DNA of 64,000 nucleotides from an uncultured virus (IMG/VR IMGVR_UViG_3300028920_001041) (Duplodnaviria; Heunggongvirae; Uroviricota; Caudoviricetes): IMG/VR virus record IMGVR_UViG_3300028920_001041; one strand, 5' to 3'. Shown piece by piece: positions 56,841 to 64,000 of this stretch (position 1 is its first letter; each line of letters starts with the position of its first letter). The notes under the pieces were generated by a model. It saw only the letters and a program-made list of their open reading frames with translations, ran no database searches and was not told where the DNA came from. The position numbers and the translations under genes were made by a program.

Positions 56841-57381
56841 TGCTCCCGGACAAGTATCAGGAATAGAAGACACTATTGTTCAGGTAGATAATGAAATCGC
56901 TCAATATCAAGAGGAACAAGATGCTTTACAAGAGGCTCTCGAACAGATATATTCAGAAGTCATACCTGTTCTAAATCCACAATGTGATTTCCTATATCAT
57001 GGTGATGGGTTCTACTCTGGTTCTGGAATAGGTACCATTGATTCTAATATTGTCAATTGGCAATCATTTAATCTGGTATCTAGTCCAGCAACTGGATCTA
57101 ACTACTATGATGTATCTGTTAGTCCTCCAGAACAAAAACCTTATGATCCATTATTGCCCTTTACTCCTTATCAACTTATAACTATTGATGATACAGAGGT
57201 TCAAGATAAATATGATGAATTCTCATTTATCATTGATTCAATCCATCATCCAATGGATTTAAGTGGTACATACGGAACAAAAGCTAATATTGCTATGTTG
57301 AATGGTGGTAAAGGTACATTAAATGCTAATAAGAATAAATTGCTTGATAGTCAAACTAAATTAGCAAGATTTGGAGAATAA
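56806..57381 (+). CDS. hypothetical acidic protein (possibly baseplate)
   Basis: GAGG RBS; adjacent to PAAR gene. Confidence 0.65.
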   Translation: MPNEKITQMLSDAPGQVSGIEDTIVQVDNEIAQYQEEQDALQEALEQIYSEVIPVLNPQCDFLYHGDGFYSGSGIGTIDSNIVNWQSFNLVSSPATGSNYYDVSVSPPEQKPYDPLLPFTPYQLITIDDTEVQDKYDEFSFIIDSIHHPMDLSGTYGTKANIAMLNGGKGTLNANKNKLLDSQTKLARFGE

Positions 57382-57383
57382 TA

Positions 57384-57686
57384 ATGTCTGGTAATTCAAG
57401 AATATCTGATTTGTGGATAGGAGTATGTAAATGTCACGACGATGAAGATGATAAACCAATGATTGGACCAATTATAGAAGGAAGTACAGATGTTATGATT
57501 AATGGAGTTGGGGCAGCTAGAATATTTGACAAAGTAAGAGGTGAATGTGGACATTATGGATATATCATTAAAGCAAGTCTAGACGCTAAATGTAACGGAA
57601 AAGGAATGGCTAGACAGTTTGATGATGTCACAGGTTGTACAGTGGGGAAGATATTAACATGCAGCCACAACTCAAAAACCAATTAG
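57384..57686 (+). CDS. PAAR-repeat tail spike tip protein
   Basis: GSTDVMINGVGAARIFD...CGH, CNGKGMARQFD. Confidence 0.8.
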   Translation: MSGNSRISDLWIGVCKCHDDEDDKPMIGPIIEGSTDVMINGVGAARIFDKVRGECGHYGYIIKASLDAKCNGKGMARQFDDVTGCTVGKILTCSHNSKTN

Positions 57687-58072
57687 ATCTCGTAAGAGAA
57701 ATAGATACAATTCTAATAAATAAAGGAGAATTATATCAATACCAAATTGATGCTCTCAAAAAATTAAAGAAATCTCCTCGATTAGCATTTTCATTTGGTA
57801 GGCAGATGGGCAAAACAATGTTACAACAAGAACAACTTAAAGCATATTATGAGATTATAAATCTGCCTACTTACACCAAAATAATATACCTTAAAAATGG
57901 ATCTTATATATTTGAGATATATGGTTATTTAGGAAAATTTAGATTAAGAAAAGTTAAAGGTAAATGGATGGCAACCAATATCTGGTATATTCTAGAATTC
58001 TTAGATAGAAAACAAGTAAATCAAAAAGTCATTGCAGAAATCGAAAGAGAATTATTTGGAGCGTTAACATGA
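57659..58072 (+). CDS. protein with terminase-ATPase-like N-terminal fragment and C-terminal tag
   Basis: LYQYQ...GRQMGKT; ends IERELFGALT. Confidence 0.55.
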   Translation: MQPQLKNQLDLVREIDTILINKGELYQYQIDALKKLKKSPRLAFSFGRQMGKTMLQQEQLKAYYEIINLPTYTKIIYLKNGSYIFEIYGYLGKFRLRKVKGKWMATNIWYILEFLDRKQVNQKVIAEIERELFGALT

Positions 58073-58494
58073 GCACATGTAATGGTCATGCTACAACAAC
58101 ATTTTGTCCCTCACATCAATTGAACCCAAGAGGATCTCTTGCTCTAAATTCTGGACAACTTGCTACAATTAAACCAGTAAATCCTGTCCATGGAGATTTA
58201 TTCTTAGAACCAAAAAGTAATAAATTAATGGTATGGGATGGAACCGCTTGGATAATAGTAGCTCCTGGAGAAGAAGAAAGCATCATCGACCAATTTGATG
58301 TTGTTACTGATGATGGATTCTTTAAAGTTAAACTTTATGAACATTCGGCAAGTGGTAAGAAGTCAGTTATGATTTGGGATGGAGACGATCTATTTCTAGG
58401 TAGTACAGAAGAATCAGTTGATTTCTTAAAACGTAATCTAAAAGGTAAGTATTATCTTTGGGTAGAAAAACGAATATTAAACTATTTAAGTTAG
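58069..58494 (+). CDS. hypothetical with fibre-like P.NP..GDL...VWDG..W module and C-terminal tag
   Basis: ends VEKRILNYLS. Confidence 0.6.
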   Translation: MSTCNGHATTTFCPSHQLNPRGSLALNSGQLATIKPVNPVHGDLFLEPKSNKLMVWDGTAWIIVAPGEEESIIDQFDVVTDDGFFKVKLYEHSASGKKSVMIWDGDDLFLGSTEESVDFLKRNLKGKYYLWVEKRILNYLS

Positions 58495-58505
58495 GAGGCG
58501 AGTAC

Positions 58506-59066
58506 ATGTCATTTATTTGTAGAGTATGTGGACACGGAGATTATGATGTACATAATCCTAGTGAATTCAAATTTTGTAATTATTGCGGCGTATTATTTAT
58601 GGATCAAGATACATTTACATTAGAAACTGTTGGTATTGAATTGACTCATCCAAATGCAAAGATCCCGGTAAAATCAAAACCTGGTGATGCAGGATTCGAT
58701 CTGTTTGCTCCTGAACGTGGAGGAATTATGTCAGGAGACACAGATTTAATTAAATTAGGATTTAAAATTCAACTTCCAGATTGTGTTGAAGCACAGGTTA
58801 GACCTAGATCTGGATTAGCATTAAAGCAAGGAGTACAAATAGGGAACTCTCCTGGGACAATCGATAGCGGATATAGAGGAGAAGTCGGTGTCATCATATA
58901 CAACTCCCATCCAGAATTAGCATTTAATTATGAAGTAGGAGACAAAGTAGGTCAGATGGTAATTAAAAAAGCATTCCCATATGAATTCGAACGTCTCGAA
59001 TCAGTGAATGAAACTGAAAGAGGAGAGGGAGGATTTGGTTCTACTGGAGGACATAAAGATTTATAG
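58506..59066 (+). CDS. dut: trimeric dUTPase with N-terminal zinc ribbon
   Basis: AGFDL, RPRSGLA, GTIDSGYRGEV, RGEGGFGSTG; CRVC...CNYC. Confidence 0.95.
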   Translation: MSFICRVCGHGDYDVHNPSEFKFCNYCGVLFMDQDTFTLETVGIELTHPNAKIPVKSKPGDAGFDLFAPERGGIMSGDTDLIKLGFKIQLPDCVEAQVRPRSGLALKQGVQIGNSPGTIDSGYRGEVGVIIYNSHPELAFNYEVGDKVGQMVIKKAFPYEFERLESVNETERGEGGFGSTGGHKDL

Positions 59067-59075
59067 GAGGCACAT

Positions 59076-61544
59076 TTGAATTTACAAGAAAAATTCGATG
59101 CCGTTTTTAAAGTCGGCAAAAAATTCATTCATGATAATATTCAAAGAAAGTATTGTTTGGATGAAGAATTAGATTATAGCGATGTATTAAATCGCATTAG
59201 AAAAGAATTGAAGCAAACAAGTATTAATAAGAAAAATTTAGATTATATAATGAGTATGATGGGCGATGGGAGATTCATTCCAGGAGGAAGTATATCATTC
59301 GGACTTGGAAATAAAAAGATCAAATGTAGTCTATCTAATTGTTATTTTACACCTATTGAACACGATAGTATTGAAGGTATATTCGAAGCATGTAAAAAAT
59401 TAGCCAGGACTTTTTCATTTAGAGGAGGATCTGGTGTCGATATAACTATTCTCAGACCTAAAGATGTGGAAGTTAACAATGCTGCGATACATTCATCCGG
59501 AGCCGTTAGCTTCATGCCTCTCTTCAGTAATACATCTGCAATAATTGGACAAAACGGTAGAAGAGGAGCTGAAATAATTATGCTAGATGTTAGACATCCA
59601 GATCTTCTAAATTTTATATGGTCCAAGTCTAGACCGAAAGAAGTATTCGGTCAAGATCCATTGACTGGGAAAGTTCATGATGTCTATGATGCAAATATTT
59701 CTATTAAATTATCAGATAGCTTTATGACAGCTATTAAAGAAGATCAAGATTGGACTTTCTGTTTCCCAGATACTAAATTTGAAAAGTACGATACAGAATG
59801 GAAAGGTGATTATGATGATTGGGCAAGTAAAGATTATCCATTTATTACTTATAAAACAATTAAAGCAAGAGAAATATTAATGCAGATTGCAGAATCTGCA
59901 TGGATATCTGGTGATCCTGGAATATCATATTGGGATACAGTTCTTAAATGGACACCTGGATCATTCGATGAAAAACTTAAACCAAAAGGGACAAACCCTT
60001 GTGGTGAACAACCATTAGCAAATAATAACAACTGCTTATTGTCTGCTCTTATAATGCACAAATATGTTATACATCCATATCAACATAATGCACAATTTGA
60101 TCTCGCTACATTCTTAGAAGATGTCGAACATGGAGTAATATTTCTAGATCATCTCATTGATCTTAATATTAAGAGACATCCATTAAAGGAGCAACAAGAA
60201 GCAGATAAATATGGCAGAAGAGTTGGTATAGAATTTACTGGACTTGGCGATTGTTTAGCTATGCTAAGTTTAGAATATGGATCACAAGAATCAATAGATT
60301 TTGTCGATTATGTATTATATATGAAAGCTATAACTGAATTTATGGCTAGTATTGGATTAGCGAAAGAAAAAGAATGTGCTCCTTGTTTTAAAACAAAGGA
60401 GAGTAGAAAGAATTATTTAAAACATCCATATATTAAAAGATTAATAGGATATGTAGCAACCATTAGTGACGAACGAATGGCGGACAAAATAATCAATTAT
60501 GATGATTTTGCTCCTAATCCAAAAAACTTAATCGAAGATGTAATGAATCACGGTCTAAGAAACTCAGCATTTAATACTGTTGGACCTACTGGTACCATTA
60601 GTATTTTGGCGGATAATTGTACCTCCGGTATTGAGCCATTGTTTGCCTTTGACTATCATAGAGAAGTTAGGTTGAAGGCGGAAGGTAGTCAAACAGAGAC
60701 AACCCGAATAATTCACTTTCCATTGTTGAAAAATATCGGTTTTGAAGTTATGGGAATGGAAAACAAGGAATTAGCTAAAAAGTTTAATTATGTTACTGCC
60801 CATGAATTGAATTATAAGAAAAGAATTAAGATGCAAGCAACAGTTCAGAAATGGACAGACAGTAGTGTATCGTCAACAATTAATCTTTCAACAGATGCCA
60901 CAATTAAAGACATTTACGACATATATCTTTATGCTTGGGAAGAAGGATTAAAAGGAGTAACTATATTTCGGGATGGATCAAAGAAAGGTATCCTTAGTAC
61001 CGGAGATAATCAATTCGATGCCGAAGAAGGATATTCATTCATAAATGTAGAAAAATATCTCCTCAAAAAGAAAGATGAATTAAAAGATAGACAGCGAGCA
61101 TATAGAGATGTTGAGTATTGGAAACGAGCAAAAGTATATCTCACAGTATCTGTTGACGCAAATGAAAAACCTATCGAAATTTTCTCGAACGTGCCTTATG
61201 AGGCAGGAATAAATGAAGCAGGAGACTATTCTACAGAACTATATATGGAGAGAACAAGTTATTGGCACAGCATGTGTCGATTGACTAGCTTACTTTTGAG
61301 GGCTGGTGTACCTATCGATATGATATGTAACCAGCTTAGAAAGTCATCTCCGAGCATGGTAGATCTTCCTGCTATAATATTAAGAGTATTAAGTAAATAT
61401 AATAAGATTAGTCAGGACACAATAGACACAATAAAAGAAACAGGTACTGGTGGTGGATACTGTTTCAAATGTAAAAAGCATGGGATAGTCCACACTGGCG
61501 GCTGTAAAATATGTCAACTTTGCGGAGACGAAGCGTGCGGATAG
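59076..61544 (+). CDS. nrdJ: class II (adenosylcobalamin) ribonucleotide reductase
   Basis: SNCY, GGSG, RRGA, TNPCGEQ, PTGTIS, TSGIEP, KGVTIFRDGS; C-terminal TSCPD-like domain and zinc ribbon. Confidence 0.9.
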   Translation: MNLQEKFDAVFKVGKKFIHDNIQRKYCLDEELDYSDVLNRIRKELKQTSINKKNLDYIMSMMGDGRFIPGGSISFGLGNKKIKCSLSNCYFTPIEHDSIEGIFEACKKLARTFSFRGGSGVDITILRPKDVEVNNAAIHSSGAVSFMPLFSNTSAIIGQNGRRGAEIIMLDVRHPDLLNFIWSKSRPKEVFGQDPLTGKVHDVYDANISIKLSDSFMTAIKEDQDWTFCFPDTKFEKYDTEWKGDYDDWASKDYPFITYKTIKAREILMQIAESAWISGDPGISYWDTVLKWTPGSFDEKLKPKGTNPCGEQPLANNNNCLLSALIMHKYVIHPYQHNAQFDLATFLEDVEHGVIFLDHLIDLNIKRHPLKEQQEADKYGRRVGIEFTGLGDCLAMLSLEYGSQESIDFVDYVLYMKAITEFMASIGLAKEKECAPCFKTKESRKNYLKHPYIKRLIGYVATISDERMADKIINYDDFAPNPKNLIEDVMNHGLRNSAFNTVGPTGTISILADNCTSGIEPLFAFDYHREVRLKAEGSQTETTRIIHFPLLKNIGFEVMGMENKELAKKFNYVTAHELNYKKRIKMQATVQKWTDSSVSSTINLSTDATIKDIYDIYLYAWEEGLKGVTIFRDGSKKGILSTGDNQFDAEEGYSFINVEKYLLKKKDELKDRQRAYRDVEYWKRAKVYLTVSVDANEKPIEIFSNVPYEAGINEAGDYSTELYMERTSYWHSMCRLTSLLLRAGVPIDMICNQLRKSSPSMVDLPAIILRVLSKYNKISQDTIDTIKETGTGGGYCFKCKKHGIVHTGGCKICQLCGDEACG

Positions 61545-61702
61545 ACTTATATTATGCTGTAATTATATTAGAGATTAAAACAGGTATACCTTTTACAACT
61601 ATATTCGCAATATTCTTTATTGTGTTATATATTATAATTCAATTATTCTTTAGAATATTTAGAATTAATGAGATCTTTAGGTTTTTAATATTCCAACATT
61701 TT

Positions 61703-61712
61703 ATAAAGAAAT
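61703..61712 (+). promoter_or_regulatory. phage promoter motif ATAAAGAAAT
   Basis: heads the RNA F / 61906 unit. Confidence 0.65.
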
Positions 61713-61717
61713 TATAT

Positions 61718-61876
61718 TAGTGGTACCCTAGGTTAATAGCCTTTACCTATCGTACCTACTCTGTTCTATGCGCACACCATAGAACGTCTCATCTAGAATT
61801 GCCAGATATTCTTGGACTCAGGGGAGAGAAAGAGGATATCTGGTGATCTATAATCACTTAATTTTTATTTTATTTT
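61718..61876 (+). ncRNA. structured leader or small RNA F
   Basis: GUUCUAUG/CAUAGAAC and UUGCCAGAUAUUCU/AGGAUAUCUGGUGA stems, then U-rich tail. Confidence 0.5.
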
Positions 61877-61905
61877 GTTTGACCTAGAAAAGGAGGAACC
61901 TGGAT

Positions 61906-62619
61906 ATGGCAGAGTTAAAGTTAAACCAAGCCCTCACTCATCGAAGTCGTCTGTTAGGACGAACCTCTGGTGAATATAAAGGTGAGGTAGCACAGACTGT
62001 TTTTCAATGAAGATTAACAATGAATGATGATTCTTTGGGATCAGTCCGGAAGAAAATGTTCGCGTTAACACCTGTTCATTTTACTATTGGTAAAAAAGCA
62101 CCAAGGGGATTTGAGTCCAAACAAGACTTCGAAACCCGTACAAAAGCGGAGAATACATCTATTGCTCAACTGATGAAAAATTCAGAAGAGTTATATGAAA
62201 AGATTCTTCAAGCTAACGCCGATAAGAAAGTGACAATTAACGGGAAAAAAATGTCTGTAGCATTCGCAATCGTCTACAGAGATATTTTCTTGCCCAGAAA
62301 GAAGGATCAGTTAACAATATTGAAGTTTCAATATCAAAAAGTATTAACTGAGATCGATAACATTAACGAACAAGCAAAACGAGAAGTTGATCAAATTATT
62401 CAGACTTCTTCACAAGCCGAAAAACCTAACGCTGAAGAATCAAAGAAAGCGTATGAGTTTCACATAGGCAATCGTGAGGCAAAGTTAATCGATCCGTTAG
62501 GCATTAAAGATGATATTGATAAATTGCAAGCCGAAATTGAGATCATTGAAAGCGATCTTCAAACTCAATTATACACCAATAATATATCTACGGATATAGA
62601 TTGGTCTCCTGAAAGTTGA
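61906..62619 (+). CDS. DIP1984/septicolysin-like coiled-coil protein interrupted by in-frame TGA (62008-62010)
   Basis: AAAAGGAGG RBS at 61888; in frame with ORF 62020; motifs L.QAL...L, ANA..KVTING..MSVA.AI, LIDPL, N.ST.I recalled for this family. Confidence 0.6.
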
Positions 62620-62993
62620 CAGATATTGAGGTGCGTTTTACGACTCGTAAAAACACGGCCCTTTAGGGAGTGAGGGTTATCACTCCCTATCCCGCCCCTA
62701 CGAGGGGCACAGGTAGATGGAACCTGCAAATAGACAAGAAGCATATATAAATGCTTCACCAACTCGTAATCTTTAATATTGTAATCTTAAGCACGGTCAT
62801 TAGCTATGAAGCGGGGGCTTTACCTCGTGGAGCGTTCAGACCAATAAGATCGTAAGATCTAATTTTTGACACAATTCTAAGATTTGATTTTATAATATTG
62901 CAAGTTTCAGACACAAGTCGGAATGAAGGTAAAATAGGTTTTCCAGTGGACCTTGCGGCGCCTCCGGTTAAGATGTATCTCAATTATCGTCAA
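62616..62993 (+). ncRNA. structured RNA G (~380 nt) with periodic YAAK repeats
   Basis: closing GAGGUGC/GCGCCUC (62628/62958) plus outer AGAUAU/GUAUCU and UUGAC/GUCAA; five internal hairpins; ~7-nt periodic UAAU/UAAG/CAAG tracts. Confidence 0.75.
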
Positions 62994-63020
62994 AAGAAGT
63001 AATTAATTTTTTCTACATTT

Positions 63021-63030
63021 ATAGAGAAAT
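63021..63030 (+). promoter_or_regulatory. phage promoter motif ATAGAGAAAT
   Basis: upstream of RNA H. Confidence 0.65.
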
Positions 63031-63035
63031 AGTAC

Positions 63036-63360
63036 ACTTAATTAGTTGCCCTTTCCGTAAGTTACTCCGGTATTTGCCGGCCTTGTCACCAACTTATTGG
63101 TCAATAAGGGCTTGCATCGGGGCTTGGATAGACGAATCGTTTCCAGCTCTGTCGTCGTCGAAATCTCCGTGCATACCACCGGTTAACAGAGCGACCTTTC
63201 GCGTGGTGGGCACCGCCCCGTATGACTAAAAGTAGTATCTTATTACTACCTCCTATTCAAGTTATGATTCTCCTCATAATTTGAACACTACATGATTCTG
63301 TAGTGAAATCTCTCGGTTTACTGGGGAGTTAATTCTCCCCAGTGAATCACTATTTTTTTT
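63036..63360 (+). ncRNA. structured RNA H (~320 nt, pseudoknot candidate)
   Basis: CGGGGC/GCCCCG junction, GCUCUGU/ACAGAGC crossing helix, three 3' hairpins, terminator UUUACUGGGGAG/CUCCCCAGUGAA plus U8. Confidence 0.75.
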
Positions 63361-63375
63361 ATTTTTGAGGTAAAA

Positions 63376-63834
63376 ATGAAAGTAGATGATATTCAGCAAA
63401 TACTGTCTTTAGTTAAATTAGAACTTATATGGTCTTTAGTATTAGGCGGAGTAGCACTTTATATTTTTATATTAGTCAAAGATTTTTTAACGACATTAGT
63501 CCATTATCATCAGTTTAAGTCAAATAGTTATGTATCAATAGGTAACATGGTGAGTGTTAATGGATTTATTGGTCGAATTAAGAACTTCAGTAAAACCAAT
63601 ATAATAATAGAAGGTGAATCAGGATATTATAGAGTACCTATGAATCGTTGGCAATTCCATAAATGGATATTCCTTAGAACTGAATGGAAACAAGATTCTG
63701 AAATAGCGGGGCGTAGATTAGGACTTAGGAAAGATGATGATATTCAGATAGATCGTGAGTTATTTCAAAAAGTAGCGGCTGTATTAAATCATTTCGAAAA
63801 GGAGAAAAAAGCGAATGATAGTGGTGGTAATTAA
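63376..63834 (+). CDS. MscS-like small membrane protein
   Basis: TM helix then IGNMVSVNGFIGRIKNF...RVP beta domain. Confidence 0.6.
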   Translation: MKVDDIQQILSLVKLELIWSLVLGGVALYIFILVKDFLTTLVHYHQFKSNSYVSIGNMVSVNGFIGRIKNFSKTNIIIEGESGYYRVPMNRWQFHKWIFLRTEWKQDSEIAGRRLGLRKDDDIQIDRELFQKVAAVLNHFEKEKKANDSGGN

Positions 63835-64000
63835 TGGTGCTGCAGAAAGTGGAAAAGATAAATTCATTAGATATATTAAACAGAATGAGAATTATGATTA
63901 TACAACAATAAATCTTTCAACAATTGATCCTTCTAAAGAAGCATTAAAAATATTAGGATGGAATGGAGTATATAAAACTGAAGAAACACGTCAAGCAATG
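63815..64000 (+). CDS. P-loop nucleotide kinase (dNMP kinase-like), truncated by window end
   Basis: MIVVVINGAAESGKD...STIDPSKE...GWNG; AAGGAG RBS. Confidence 0.65.
   Translation, partial: MIVVVINGAAESGKDKFIRYIKQNENYDYTTINLSTIDPSKEALKILGWNGVYKTEETRQAM

Noticed and set aside
58506..59066. Uracil-containing genome as in AR9/PBS1
   Set aside because: An intact dUTPase argues against it
3611..60061. Many short antisense or alternate-frame ORFs in the track (e.g. 4036, 6641, 8401, 13714, 31541, 53910, 55595, 59342)
   Set aside because: Shadows of well-supported genes without RBS or motifs
62008..62050. Selenocysteine at the in-frame TGA
   Set aside because: A weak hairpin exists at 62031-62054 but lacks a G at the start of the apical loop, and there is no redox motif; not excluded, but unsupported
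62565..62762. 65-aa minus-strand ORF
   Set aside because: Antisense to gene end and RNA G; no RBS
63036..63360. tmRNA, RNase P or SRP identity for RNA H or E
   Set aside because: No T-loop/CCA end, tag ORF, P4 consensus or SRP helix-8 motif
1..64000. CRISPR array, tRNA or rRNA genes
   Set aside because: No repeat-spacer series or cloverleaf with T-loop and acceptor stem found by eye; tRNAscan/ARAGORN not run
1..64000. Genome-wide stop-codon reassignment
   Set aside because: Conserved genes are full length in code 11 and end at TAA, TAG and TGA; only one in-frame TGA case was seen

Overview
AT-rich, densely coding 64-kb segment of a jumbo (myovirus-type) bacteriophage, standard genetic code. 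It encodes two multisubunit RNA polymerases: a split non-virion-type set (beta'N 25200, beta'C 27031 with NADFDGD, betaC 30561, betaN 34416) and a second beta' (52765, GGDCDGD). It also carries T4-like neck and PAAR proteins, ATP-dependent DNA ligase, 5'-3' exonuclease, SF2 helicase, SSB, class II RNR, dUTPase, stand-alone LigD POL and PE domains, QueE and TGT/DpdA-like genes (probable 7-deazaguanine DNA modification) and host-like genes (KhpA, Csp, TAXI receptor, truncated hybrid kinase) suggesting an anaerobic deltaproteobacterial host (inference). Reading the DNA reveals about 22 copies of an intergenic promoter motif (ATAWAGAAAT) and at least eight structured non-coding RNAs. A coiled-coil gene at 61906-62619 is interrupted by an 81-nt stop-containing segment between matching GGA codons and is followed by a ~380-nt RNA with ~7-nt periodic repeats. 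About 20 unrelated proteins share a C-terminal tag (E at -8/-9). There is also an A8-frameshifted lipoprotein gene, gene-end duplications and a palindrome-rich origin-like region beside a PolA-like polymerase. All family calls come from motif recognition by eye; no searches were run.
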